Origin: Tubulanus polymorphus | Taxonomy: Eukaryota; Animalia; Nemertea | DNA: 64,000 nucleotides | Assembly (NCBI RefSeq): GCF_964204645.1 | Contig: NC_134028.1 | Coordinates: forward strand, 8,370,001 to 8,434,000 | Direction of reading: 5' to 3' | Shown: one piece after another, positions 14,301 through 29,300 of the stretch | Layout: every line of letters starts with the position of its first letter | Position numbering within the stretch: position 1 is the first letter of the stretch | Notes under the pieces: model-generated | What the model was told of the DNA's origin: nothing | Databases searched by the model: none | What the model saw: the letters and a program-made list of their open reading frames with translations, nothing else | Made by a program: the position numbers and the translations under genes

Positions 14301-17300
14301 ACAAATGTCGAAATTCTGGTATAGTTTTTGGCTGTGGATACGACTAACGTAAAATGCGTTCTGATCTTTTTGGTTCTCGGGCTTGCGTGAGACCCTTATT
14401 CTCGTACTGTCTGTCTATATGTGTGTCTGTCTTTTAAAGCTTCGTTAATAGTGGGTTGATCTTGATAGTATTGCTACGGGGGTCTAATTTTAGCGGTGCA
14501 AAGGATCGGCCCACTGCGCCACCTAGCGTACCATGTTTCTCATTTCCTGTGAATGCACATGGCACAGGAAACTGCTCGGAAACATGTTTCTGTCTCTACT
14601 GTTTCTGTGTTTCCCTGCATCGTGCGCGTTGGGCTTTATACGAGAAACAAGAAACTTGGTTGTGGGAATCAATGTTTCTGAGATAAAACATTTTTGATTC
14701 TGTGTTTCCGTGATTTCCAGCGTCATGTGCGTTGGGCTTTAAGGGTTATATCTACTTTAGTTCTAAACTTGAGTGGTTTCTCTTTTTTTGCAGAAGGATT
14801 GCCTGACGAACGTTCCGCGCGAGATGGATCGCATGAAGAAGATCCTGAAATCGCCGCTGTCAAATCGTAAACACTTGGACGTCAGTTCGGCGAAGGTGTT
14901 CGGAATACATCTACACGAACTGGTGAAAACGGGCGCGGAGTCGGTTCCTCAAATCGCGCAGACTATCTGCGAATATATAATCAAACATGGTACGTACGTA
15001 AATATCTGCTCGTGGGTAGGTGATATCTATATATATATATTTTGGCCCAGAATAACTGTTAACACGGGTGCCAAATGGGCCCAAGTCTGTTTGGCCCGGG
15101 CCAAATTTTAGCACAAGACAAATGATTGCATTTGAATTTCAACTGTTACCAGAAATGACTCACTACGCTTTGTTTAAGCATTGTTTAGTATCTGGGCTTG
15201 CTCTCTAATTAAGCACGGGCCAAATTTGGCTCGAGTCTGATCCGTGCCAATTCGGCCCAGGCCAAATCGTCTCAGTGTGATCGCGGCTGATGTCATTTAT
15301 CTACTGGTTAACTCTAACCAATTTCAACTTGGAAAAATCAGGGAATTTGTATACCAGCCCATTACACTACTCTAAACCATTATACGAATGAGCGGAATAT
15401 AAAAAGATTTACATATCGATTTGATTTCAGCGATCTCGTTGGAAGGCATATTCCGCGTGAACGGAAACGCGAAAATCGTCGAAAAACTGAAAACGTCGTT
15501 CGACAAAACGGGTGAAGCCGATTTGGATGGTAGCGGCGACACGTACGCGGTCGCTGGATTGCTGAAATTGTTTCTACGCGAATTACCGGAAGGCTTGATC
15601 AATTCTTATCTTACGAAAGAATTCGTCGTTACTCACGAAAGTAAGTTTGTTTTTTTTTCTACGTCGAGCGAGCCGATGCGCCCGTATACGTTGACCGAGG
15701 TCTCGAACTGCTGAGAAATTATATTGCCCACAGTTCATCAATATCACCGACGGATGCGTACTCCTCGGCAGGGATTCCAACCTGGTGGCATCACTAGACT
15801 CAGCCATGGCATGAAACCCAGCCAGACGAGACTAGACCGGGTGTGCAGGTACATGCCGCATGATGCAAGAACATTTGCACGTGGCCTGACTGATATGATT
15901 ATCAAATTATAGTTCCAATTCATAATTCATTTGACAGTGTCCCTACGACTCCTTGATTGCTTAAAAACTCCTTCTAAATGGGAAATGCTTTAAAAGGTTG
16001 AAACTGTAATTGAATTTGAGCAAAATGTCGGAAATTTCCTTAAATTTTTTGGCAATTAGATACTTTCTCTCGTTAGATACTTTATTAGTTGTACATTAGA
16101 CTACGCCTAAATCCATACAGACGGAATCAGGATCTTTTTTTTACCGTATTAGAAACCAAGTTGAGTATTGTCAAGGATAATTAGGCTTACACAGCCACCA
16201 AATTAATGGTTTACCGAGATAAACAGTGCCGATTTAGGAGGAGTCTGCAGTAATTGGGATATAAAAGTGTTGCAGTCACTTCCTTGAAATATGAAATTGT
16301 CTCCTTTAAAACTCTGTATATCGAAGAATGACCGATCTGTAGGGACTCTGTGTGATGACGAACTATGGCTCCGTCTGCCCTCCCGCAATTCCGTCTTTAA
16401 AAATGGCTGCTCATCCGGTCAACCTTGTTGTAACATGTACGATTATTTCAGCTTATGGCCGAACTCCCGAGATATGCTTACAGAAACTGAAAGTGTTGCT
16501 GGACGAATTGGAGTTGGAGAATTATCACCTGTTGAAATATCTGTGTCGCTTCCTCGTTCAAATCTCGTTGCACGAAGTCCACAACAAAATGAGCCCGATC
16601 GCGTTGAGTATTGTTTTCGGTCCGAATTTCTTCAAGTAAGTGTCCTGCCTTTTCGACATGTCCATCCATGTAGTAGGTCATGCGCACAAAACTCCCTTTT
16701 GGTCTTGGATTGTAAGAATTCATCAGTTCCAACTCAATCAGAGCTATCAACTGTTCCTGATTTTCAGGACCGGGATTTGTTACTATACTATAACGAGAAA
16801 TACTGATTTGATTTGCTTGATGCTTACAGAGATATGAAAGGTGTTAATTTTAAGATTTTCTTCCATATTTCATTGAAATGTTACTGAGAAAAATTCAATT
16901 TGTTACTGATAGCACTTTTCAGAGGTTGGCAGCCCTGTTCAATAGACTAAGTTGTAGTTTAATGAATTTCTCGCAATGAATAGAAAAACTAACTTCGAAA
17001 ACAGAAGCATTTTCTCAACCGTGTCAAGGCTGAAATTTACATATTTGGCTCTTCGTAAAGTGACAACGAAACTGTTCGTAATTTTTCAGATGCGGCGAAG
17101 GAATAAACGGATTAAAAGATCAGGGAATTACGAATCAGATCGTGTGCAAATTCATCGTCGAATACGACGCGTTGTTCAAAACCGACGATGAAATCTCGCC
17201 GTACAGTATTAAACTGATACAGGTACAAGAGGCCGTCAAATCTAAAAGTCCTCCCATCCGACCACCACCGCCGAAATACGACGATTCACCAGTTCCGTCG

Positions 17301-20300
17301 CCTCGACGAGTAAGTATTCTGATTAGATATATCCGAAGTGGAAAGAAACGTAGTTTACACACTCGTTAACACTCCCGAGCAGATATCCTTGTCCTGGTTT
17401 TATAGACCGGTATTATCTCTATCTCAATTGAAAATGAATTGAATTAGCCCCGGGTAAAAGTTAATACCAATCTTTACAACTGGACCCTTTAGTTTAGGTA
17501 CTCGGTTACCCCGCCAAGTGATTATTGATAAGAAAAAAACCTTGTAAAGTCGATGAAACAAATCGTCCGTGCTGAAACGATCATACTGTAAAATCCCACA
17601 AAACAGAGAAGAAAAATGACTCCAATCGGTTTCCTTAGCCAGGGGTCGGTTTAACAATTTGATGTTGACTTTAACCCATGGGTTAACACGATTGAAAATG
17701 AATTGAGTTAACCCCCGGGTTAAAAAATAATACCAGTCTATAAAACTGGGCCCTGGAGTATTAGAGTTACAACAGAAATTATGAAATAAATGTATGTTCT
17801 GTACAATCCAGAACATGAGAGACTAATCAATCTGATTACTGAATTAGTCTCTTTGTTTGAAATAAACTATAGCTCAAGGAAACTTTTCAGACTCACTTTT
17901 ATGGCATCAAAAATCCCTTAAAGTAGAACGCATTGTTCATACACAATGTGCTCAGTTACACTACTGAACAAAATTCAACAGTGCAGACAATCGCCGATAT
18001 ACCACGCTCCCATATACCGCCACCAACGGCCAGGTTTTCTCAATGTACTTCCCTATACAAATACATAGTAAAACACCCCCGATATACCGCCATGCTCCCT
18101 ATACCGTTAAAATCGTTATGCACTGATGTGGGCGGAATATTGGGGGTTGACTGTGTTTCCATACACAGTAATAGACTGTTACATTGCTCAGTAAATATCG
18201 TCAATGAGCAAAAAAAATTGGTTGGTGCTAACGCGATTAAAATTCGAGCATGTTCTTCACTTATTCAGCGAAAGAAATACGATCAACATCAGCTGCAGCA
18301 TCGAGACGAGGATGATCAGAGTGACGGGGGTACCCCTCGCAGTACTCGTATTATCAACAGCCCTCGAATCAGCGACGACGAATTCAGTCGGTCGTCTTCG
18401 CCTTTCATATTAGACAGGTAAATAACGAGAGAAAATTAATGCGAGGGGTTATATCTTTTCCGCAGAATTGTGACGAAAAAAGGGCCTGATATCTCTGTCA
18501 TGAGCGTACATTTCCTTTACTTTACTTTATTTGAAAATTCTTGGACTTGATACAAAAGACAATTTTCGAGTATTACATAAAAAGAATGACTATTATATAA
18601 TTATACGACATACAAAGATACAAATTTAAATATTGGTATACATGTGAGAACAAGAGTTGTGATAGGGAATCAAGTGAAAAATCTCATAATTTAACCAACA
18701 AAAATACACAGTTACGAAGTTCTACTGTGAAGTTTGCATTAATGATTTGTGTTTGAAAAAGTCGGGTTTCGTATAAAATCGCCCGTGTAGATATGTATAA
18801 TTCCCTACTATCGTTTAAATATTTACAGTGGAAAAGATAGTGAAATTCGTCCCCAATCGCACTATTACACAATAATTTACATGTTCTTTCCGCACGCCCT
18901 ATGTTATTCCATCTATCAGTTTCTAAGGGGAACTTGTGATATGAAGTACTGTGGACAGAATTAACGATAGCCCTCGTTTTACGAATAGAATAGAATTTTG
19001 AGTCCAGAAGAAACATAATATCAGTGCACGATGAATATACAAGAGATAATCCCATAATAATTCAGCCGAAAAGTGAATTCTTGAATATATCGGAGCAATG
19101 TTTCGGCTTAAGACTATCAGCCATCATCAGGCTTACTGTACTCATTCTCTTTTTGGCTTAATTAATGTAGGATTTCGTCTCGTGTAGAACTAGATTTTGA
19201 ATGTTGAACTGGGTCCCGATGTTCATTAGATTACGTTCGACGTCGTATTACTGTTAATTCAACTAATTAGCGATTACTCAATTACATACAAATCGGCGAA
19301 TTGAGAGACGCTCGACGTTTATTAAGCATCTGTTTCGGCAATGAAACGAAGATTTATCGCGATAAACCATCGATTCGATTAGCGCTTTTATTACCGCCAC
19401 TGACGAATGCGAGAGCGAAGGGTTTTATCTGCGTTAATGGCAGCCGCGGGAATTGCACGGAATATCCGTCATAAAAGGCGGCGCGCTGGAGCTGCCGTGT
19501 AGGGACTCTCGGCGTAGATGGCTAGTAGGCTCCTCATATCTCTTAATATCGACAACATCTATCGACTGCTACGTATTTAGATCTAGCGATGCCATTATTT
19601 TTGTTTTTCTTGTTGTAATTTCAGCGATGACGCGAGTTTCGGGCCTTCACCGGTTGTGTCAATGTGTACGTCTGAGTAAGTTCAATCAAATATTCAAATC
19701 TTTTTAGAAGACTTTTCCATGGACTTCTGTCCATCTGTGTTGGGGCATTTATTGTGTATAAGCCACGTACCAAGTTGTTACCTAATAGTTTTTCGGAGCG
19801 ACTTAGTTCATAGATGGTGTTGAAACCAAAAAAATTAATATTTGTTGGGGGAAGGGGTTCAATTGTCCGAATTTCAAGCCATATTTGCTTTTCATGCATG
19901 TATAGAATATAGACAGTTTGGAGACTACAAAGGGTGACTGCGGATTGACTTGATTTTGTAGGGTGAAATTGATTTGAGAAAGATGAAAAATGGGGGGAAA
20001 ATGTGAAAATTTACACAAATATGTGAAATTTGACAAAAATTTTGATGTGCGTTTCTGCGCAATATTCTTTAACGTTCAGATGCGCGTTAATTGGCTTGTT
20101 CGAATTACAATTTCGAGGTCGATTTTCACATTACGCGAATTACTTTAGTTCGAACTAGTTTGACCAGGAAATTTTACCCTGCTACGGAGCTGGATTGAAT
20201 TGGCTAATTCGAATTAGCTACTACGAAAATGCACTGTTTTTTGAGCCACACTCAAACGCAAACAACTCAAAAAATGACAAAATTTCAAATTATTCAACAA

Positions 20301-23300
20301 TTTCAGTATTGAAGATATTTATCATAGTAAACCTAGGCCTATGAATTTTTAGAATATATTTAAAATCTCATTGGAGAAATAATTCAAAGAAAATGAAACA
20401 ATCAAATTAAATTTCACCATACCACCAAAAATTCTCATCACATTAAGACACTCAATGCCGGGGCATTTTATGAATTTGAAAATTTGTACATGTTAAAGGA
20501 ATAATGCATTACAGGAAGCTAATTCCGCATTTGCTTTTGTGAAATTGATTTTTTTATCAGATTAACTAACCCGAATTAAGCATTGCCATTTTTAACTTGC
20601 ATTGTTACCTAATTTGAATTAAAAGTTAACCCTTACCTCCCCCTATCTCGAAACTGGGCCCGGTAGCCGGGTATCTAGGCTAAATAAATGCCGTAATCCG
20701 CATATGTTAAAAAGTGAATTAGAGTTCTGCGCTGAGAATTTCTGAAATATCAGGTGGTTCGATGACATTTTGAATTGATCGAATTTTCAAGCGCGTCAGA
20801 TTTTTTCAACCCTCCCTCCAACTGTTACATCCGCATTATCACAGGAATTATTCGACGATTTTTTTTTTCCTTCCTTTATTTCAGTCTCGTCGAAAAAACG
20901 ATCAGCGCAGTGATTAGTCAACACATGTTCGGTGACGATTTATCGAATGTATCCAGCTCTGACGATCGTAAGTCTGTATATATATATATATATATATTTT
21001 ACAATCTGTTATTCAACGCGTGCAATATGTTGGAATATGCATTCTGCAATCTGCATATCGATATATTCCGGTATAGCGTTGCTTCTATTGTGCAGGCATT
21101 TGTTTCTCTTTGTGTAAATGCGAAGTTGGATTTTATAGCGTAGTCTTATTTTCTTCGACAAAACGGTGGAAACCTCGTTACGGCGAACTTCGCGGGACCA
21201 GAATATCTGTTCGTTATAACCGGTATGAAATTAATTAGAATTTCGTACTTTGGACGAAATTATGTATTTGTAATACGGGGGTATCTGATGAATCGTTGTA
21301 TCCGAGTTCGTTATAACGAGGTTCCACTGTAATTATGCAGCGGTAGTTCACGACCTGGGGCCAGCCGCTCAAAAGTCGGTCAAGGCAATTGGTGGATAAA
21401 CACTGCGATTTTAATCGTCCCAAGGACGTCTATGGATCGGTTAACAATTTTGAGCAACTAGCCCCTGGATTCAGTTATACATTAACATAGTTCTGGACTT
21501 ACAGTTCACGATTATTGATTTAAACAACTGGAAATTCCAACTCAAAATCATACAATTTCACTCGAAACTGGAACTGGATCCGAGGGGCCAGCCAAATTCA
21601 TGAAGGCATATGATTTATTTATTAGCAAGTTTACGTATGAATTTGGCCTTCGGATCCATCTCCGCTGTGAGTTGAAAATTGGCTCCAGAGTTAATTGAAT
21701 GAAACTGAACTGATTTTAACTCAATATAGTTAAATCTAAATCAGAACTGTGGGACTGGGTCCAGGGCTGTAGAATTTGGAAAACGATTGGAAATTGGAAT
21801 ACAGTAATCTTATAATCCTCTCGAATTAGTGGAATATTTTTTATTCATTCCCGATTTTTGATTTTCGTTTAGTTTCATCAACTCCAGTTCCGGCTCCACG
21901 GAAGAAAAAACGCGACAAAGCTGAAAGGAGGTAGGTCCGGTCGAGTCCGCGATTTCATCTGATCTATCCGTTGCATTGCATGTTTCGAAAACTTCGTCTT
22001 TAAATGTGCGCTTTGAAATAGAGTATTTCGTAGCATTTTAATTTTCGAGCTTGATAATTTTTGAAGAGCATTCTCGAAAGAATTGACGATACCAAAATAC
22101 GTTACTTTCCATATACCCCACCACCATTTTCAGTGATAGAGTTTGTTATAGGCCTATCTGATGTTCTTTCCTAAGCTATAACTTGGAAATTCAGAAGACT
22201 ATATGAACTTTTTCATTGAAAATTGTGAATTGTCTATTCACAAATAGATTACAGGGGCCATTTGCTCAAAGGTTGGTTAAAGATAACCAGCGGATAAATA
22301 CCATAGTAATAATGAACTTTCAATTGTCGCTCCTTTGAGCAACTGGCCCCAGGTTTCTGAAAATGAATTCGGAAAATTATATTTTCAGCCAAATTCTTGG
22401 TTTTTTTTTCCCCACTTAACCCAGTGCATTTAAACTAGAAATTTTAAGCTTACAGACCATGAACCGTTTTGTTGACTAAATTCAATGTTGGTTTTTCTGT
22501 ACGAATTAGGAGGAAAAAGATAAAAACAATCTGTCGTGAGCTGTACAGGTATCGATTGTTTCGAATTTTTTTGCAGCATTTTGACGCGGCTTCAGAAAAT
22601 GATTCCTGATTCGCTCAAAATTCTGAACTTTCTATATACACTTATCATAAAAAATTTATACGGTTATTATTGGATCCTAGCAAATTACACGATCTTATAT
22701 CATTTGATCTCATATTTTGATTATCTTGCAAATTTATTATTATTCGCGATCTAGTTCCCCAGTTATGAGTTAAATTTGATTCGACAAATTTGCTGCATAT
22801 TGCAAATCATTGGCAATTTTGAAGTAAAAATTTGCTATTTAAAGAAAAAACTAAATGAGCATTTGACGTTATGGATATTTACTTCAAATAGTATTAGACA
22901 GTCACTTATCTATGGAAACAAAATTGGGAGATTATATTTTGTACTGCCATATGACTTGAAGTCGGCTGATTCTAGTCACAGCCAGATCTGTTGGGAAGCT
23001 ATAAATTAACGTTGTATCGATAACACGATAACTCATCTTGGCAAAATGGGGTACACCTACTACAATGAGTTATCTCGTCATTGGCAGCGCTAAAACATGT
23101 AGTAAATTTGAACTCTGAAGTGATAAACTCGTAACTGGAGAGCTTGGTCCCGGCAGCATGTGTAAATCGAATCAAATAGAATGTTGTGTGAACAAAAGCT
23201 GATTGTTTTTCCGGGTACGAGGTCGATGTGATGCATGACTTAAATTCAGATATTGCCGGGTTAATGCAAATTGACGTAGGGCAGTCGCCACAATATAGAT

Positions 23301-26300
23301 TCATAAACTAAATTCGATTCCTTTGATACAGTTAAATCACCCCCTTAATTCAGTTTAATTCGCGTCCACCTCTTACTGCTAAAGCTGTCCCTACTTTTCA
23401 GCGAATAATTTTTCTGAAAACTCGTTTAAAACGATGAGACACGAAACGTTTACTTCGCCTAAAAAATTGCAAGATTTTAACCTCGTATATATCCTGAGAA
23501 TCTTGGTAAACCGGAATCCTTTAGGTTATGAGGTTCAGAGGCAGGTCACGCGTAGTGTAAGACTAGGCTGAATTTATTTTGACGACCAATCTAAAATATT
23601 GCGACCAGATTATTGCTAGCTTAAAGCAGTCATTTGTTTGCATGTCATATGGCTACGCACACTTTTTATACTGGATAGTGGACAATGCACAAGGTTGATC
23701 TTTACAATGTAGATTGCGACGCTGTCATTGTCAACGTCACTTGTCTAAAATTCCAAAAGGTACCTATACAGATGCGGTACACTGATCCAATGTTAAATTT
23801 CTCCGATTGCGTTTTATATGTGTCGATGTTTGAATGAGTTTCATTTGGAATGCACTGCATGAACGATTATTGTTTCAGATACAAAGGTGTAAATAGATTA
23901 TCAGTTCCCGAACACAATCGATTTCATCAAACTGATGATTTGTGAGTCTATTACGATAAATATCGCGTATACGATCTATATACAGTGTAGAACTCGCTTA
24001 ATTCGGATCACCTGGGACTGGAAAACTTTGTTCGAATTAACTCCGGGACATCAATGTTCCTGAATAACAAACGCTTAATTAGCCAATTGAATTCGCATAT
24101 AAAGATTAAGAAGAGATGCAGTATGAAAACTACTGAAAATGATGCATTACAACCATTGGTTATTTTTAAGATAATCACACAGGCTTTCTATTGCTGTATA
24201 GATTTGGTCAATCAAAGGTCAAAAGTTGATCCCCTCAAACTATAGGTGGCGCTATAGTACAGTGGACGATGGCGGACATTCTGCGGAGATACAAGCCGAA
24301 CGTCGACGGACGTTCTGCGGTCTATTGGGTTAAAGGAAACCCGAATTATGCACTCTCGTTTGAATAGAAATAACCTATAGAGGGGACCGGAATTTTAGTC
24401 GGAAATAAATGAAAATCGGAATAAAACCGATCCGAATGAAGCGAGTTGTACCATATCATTATATGTATAATATTCATAGCTTTAGTTACTATAACCATAT
24501 CCTACCGGGTAAGTCTACGAATGCTTTTGTGGCGACCAACGATTTCTTTTTCCGAGACTGGGGAAACCTCTTTAATCAGAGCCTTGTACTCGCCGAATAG
24601 CGTGGGATCATCCGGTTTGTAACCCACCACTTCTCAGTTATGTGGCAAACAAGTTATCAATTAAAGTCACTGATTTTAAAGATCCACTTGCTTTTACTAA
24701 GTAGTTGCTCAGTTTTCCCTGCTTCAATTTCTTTTACGCTCCGATTGAAATTGAACCCAACTCGCAAAGTAAATCGAATATCAATCCAAAAGAACTGTAA
24801 TCATGCTTTTTGGTCGTGGGATGGTGGTCCACGCGGTCAGCTATGGTTACTAGTACAATGGAACTTCAATACAACGAAGAAAATCTCTAGGAAATCACGA
24901 GAGACATCCCACAATAACGAAGCCAAGATTGAAAAATTCTATATCAGAATGATTATATTTGAGGAGCGACGTTTCGGCTAACAACTGTTAGCCATCATCA
25001 GGCATCAAATATAAGGGGACTGGAAATATAAGTGGACCGGACAGATTTCTATACATGAGTAATTTACTACACAGTCGCTCCTCAAATATAATCATTCTGA
25101 TATAGAATTTTTCAATCTTGGCTTTGTTATTGTGGGATTTCTCTCGTCATCATCATACACGGATATTGTGTATCTTCTCGTCTAACTCTAGGAAATCAGT
25201 TTGTTATAACCAATTGTTCTTTGAATCCAGTATGCGTATTTCTCAGTTGGGACACAATTTTTAGTTTGTCGTGGCAGATTAATCGTTACACCCGACTTCG
25301 TTATGATGAGGTTCCATTGGAGTATTTATAAACATTATATAGTACTTCATTATGATTAGTTGTATTCTATTGTAACTCTTCTATCTATGTATCTCCTACT
25401 GCTGTTTCAACTATTTATTTACCGCATTGGTTCATATGGTATACTTGAGCTCAGGAGAATGGTCCTGGTTACCCGGTTGCCGGTGTCTTTTTTCATTCGA
25501 TCACAACCTCTTATTAGTGGTTTATCTGAACCCAGTTCCACAGGCGTTCAAACATTTCCAATCAGAAACTGTTATTCCTGTGTGCCATAGTGCAAATATC
25601 CAAAAGTGAACAAGAAGGATTAGCTACGAGATAACTCGTAAGTGGCAATGATGGCAGAACCGAGACCTCGAGATATCTCGTAGTTTGCAGTGAATGTGTT
25701 GAATGTTGGAATGAAGAGTTAAACATCCTTGTGAAAGCAGACCCAGTGAGTAACCCGCTGCCATGGAACTGGGTTCTAGGTTCTTAATGACAATGATCTT
25801 ATGTAGTACGCGTATGTAAAACCCTAAGTCCTTACTGAAAAAATTAAGTTCTTGCTCCAAAAAGGTATCGTGAAAAAGTGCCTGAAATCCTTTGATGTTA
25901 ATTGGCATTCGGTTTATTCGTTTAAGGTACGATTCCGAAGACAGCGAAACTCCTGCTACAAAAATAGGATCCGATTTTGTGGACGGGAAAACCGAGGACG
26001 AAGAGGCCGACCAATCGCCACCCCCGACTCCGAAACCTCGAAGTCCTAAACGCAAACCAGTCATCAAACGACCGAAAAGCCCTTCGAGGTACGTCAGGAG
26101 AATTTCAGATTTTTGAAAACGTTATTTTCTAGAACAGCGCGATAGAATACGATGCCTTCATTTGCAGGGAAACTGACGACGCAGAAAATACGGAAATACC
26201 AGCGCAAATGATTGAAAGCGATGATTCCGGATTCGGTAGCATACAGAGAACGCAAGACGCTCTTACTGGGGTACGTTTAACTGCTTTAGATTGCATAGGT

Positions 26301-29300
26301 TTACGGCGTTACCGGGATATGTTAACGCTTTCAGTGCGTCTACACCGCAGTGCGGTGTATAAATCAGTGATGGACTCTGCTGGTACACCGCGTAACCGTG
26401 TATTGATCTCATTAGTAGTATTCATCTCTATCTATCTCTATTGAAAGATAGCAGCACATGTCAAACCTAGTGAAATATTAGTAACTAATGATACACCGCA
26501 CCGCGCTGTAGATGTGGTATAGACGCACTACACACAACTTATGAAATTATCTCCATTACTTTCTGGTATTAATTAGTTAGCACTGAAAGGTTGATTAATA
26601 CAAGTCGAATGGAGAAAGATGCAGCAATTTCTTGAACCGGATATAGTTTAACAATATACGTATTGATCAAGCGGATAATTTTCCTCGTTCATTCATTTCA
26701 GTTTAAGCGAACGGCCGGCCCTAAGAATCGTCGCACTCCGACGAGGGGTGGGGTGACTTCGCCGCGGAAACAAGGATGGATAAAATCCGGCGATAACGCG
26801 GAAGAAGCGGACGCCGCGGACGATCGTTTCAAAACATATCCGCCGCGAAACTCGACGAAGCTTCAGAACGACCCGCAACGGCAAAACGGCGGATTGGATC
26901 ACCCAGACTCAATGGCGAATGGATTCAAATGCGGTAGTTTGAATAACCTGGATATACACGAATCGGCGAGTGAGAATACGCGAACGACAATAGATGGTGC
27001 TAGTAGTAAACCACTCGTTCCACCTCTAGATCTATCGACGTTACACGAACAAATCGATAGCAATGGTAAGTTTCATTTTTTTCATCACTTTTTAACTCAA
27101 GCGCGCTATGAGCTACTAGGAGCAGGTGGCAAAAAATACTGACCCTTAGGATTAAGTCCTAAAACGTAAACAAGAATGAACAAATTTTGAAAAATTGTTC
27201 TTTATTGTGAAAGCGTATGGAGTTGACCTATATTGCCGGAAGAAGCAGATAAGATACAAAATACCCAGGTCCCTGGGGCCGGTTTTATAGACTGGTATTA
27301 ACTTTGACCCGGGGGGCTAGCTTAATTCATTTTCAATTGAGTTAACCCCCTGGATTAAAGATAATACCAGTCTATAAGACCGGGCCCTGGGGTTTAGGGC
27401 CTTACAAATGTGTTCCCATTAATTATCTCACTGCTTAATAGACCCCTAAATTCATCCAAATTCATTAAACAGTTGTTAAACAGCACTGTTGCAGACTTCT
27501 TTATATTTGTAATAAGTCACTGTGCCCGCCCTGAGCTAGGCCTTGTGTTTGATCTCCTCAAGGGGCTACCCCTCCGAGATAAGATTTCGATCAATACTTG
27601 TATTCATCATTGTATCATATTTGTAACACCCATACGCCATCTATCCGAATTGGTTTTCATTATTGTTGTAGCTGATTTGCTACTGTAGCTACGATAAGCG
27701 CTCTAGGGTTAAAACGCTTTGAATTCTCGGCCCGAGTATGCTTTGACTGACACTGCATAGTAATATTGAAATCACTATGGAGATTCCCGGCGGTAAACTG
27801 TAACAAATACGTGGGATGGTTTAAAGCTAAGCTCAGGTTAACTTACAACCTTTTTCGACATTAGTTCGCGCAAGGATAGAAAAAGTTCAATTTTCTACGA
27901 CCCGACCAGATCGTCGTAGCCAATCAGCAATGAGTTTTGCATCACATGACTTTCAGACTCGGTGATGATTGAGTCGTAGTTGACCTAAGTGCTCTTAAGA
28001 TCATGAGACAAATGAATCGGCAATCAGTGGTCCGGCAATCAGATCTGGTCATAAGTCGACCCCCGAGCTAAGCTTTGGATAATCATTTATCCACCTGACT
28101 GGAGTAATGTATAAGTATGCCTCTTTTTAAGAACCCGATTATTTTCTACTTTCTTACTAGAACCCATTTTAGCCGAAGGTGGTCCATCAATAGAAACGAC
28201 AAATCAGAAATGCTGTGATCAAAAAAATAATGAAGAACAAACAATGTCTCCCAAACAAATCAAAGGCAAGAAAACCAGGTAAAATTCAAAAAAGTTCATG
28301 TTCACCAATTCTATCATTTTTAGCTCGCGTCTAGTTAGCTTATGCCATTGGTCACTTGATCACATCGTCAACAGTATGCTTAGGCATTAGCATAAGAAAA
28401 AACCTAACGTGTCTCCAGATTTAAACCTGATTGACTAATAAAGCCGGGACTAGTTGCTCTAAAGTTGGTGAGAGTTGACCAGTGGATAGTCGACATAGCA
28501 ACAAGTTCATTGTTCCTATGGTATTATGCGCCGATTATCTTTAACCAATTTTTGAGCAACTGGCCTCGCATTTTTTTGTCAGATGGCCTATCAGTAGATT
28601 TTTCTGCCTGAGGAGTAAACCCTTAAAAAGCCAGTTTCTTGTGGCACGCTTTTTAATGCGTAGCCAGATATTCTTATTGTTATATACTAGAATATTTTAA
28701 GAAAAATGGTCTTCTGTGCCTTTTAAAGTTGATTTCGTCATTATTTGTTACAGTTCGCATACTGATATTCAACAGCCATCATCTACATCTCAAACGAATT
28801 TCATGCGCAGGTACGTATATCTTTCATACTTTCTCAATCCAGTTTCACGGGTTTTAGTTTCCGAGGTGAATTTCTTTAACGCAGCGAAACTTCAGTACCA
28901 GTCGATCCATCTTTAACCTGGGGAGTCGTGGGGTTGAATTAGATTAGAGGGAGTTAAAGCGATCTAATAGCTTTGACTGATCTAAAGTGAATTCAGGCAA
29001 CTGTTAAACCCTTCATGTGAACACCCATCACCCGAGCATTTCAGACATAATCATACACCCTCGCTGTTAGTTTGTTTGCCTGAACTCCGTATAGACGGCA
29101 CTAGAATCTTCATTTAAACAGCTTTGAAGAAGGCGGAATATTTGCGAGTGAAAATCGTGAATTTTGTGCCATCATCGATTGAAACCCTGGAAGATGACCT
29201 CTAGAAACAATTGAAACCTTTACGGAGTTAGAGTTAATTGATCATCAGATGAAATTCTGTTCAATGTTTGTTGTATGGACATTCATTCATTAACGCCTTT

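Noticed and set aside
19775-20613. Insertion bounded by a 12-bp direct repeat TTGTTACCTAAT
   Set aside because: No TIRs, tail or coding remnant found between the repeats; cannot be distinguished from chance by eye.
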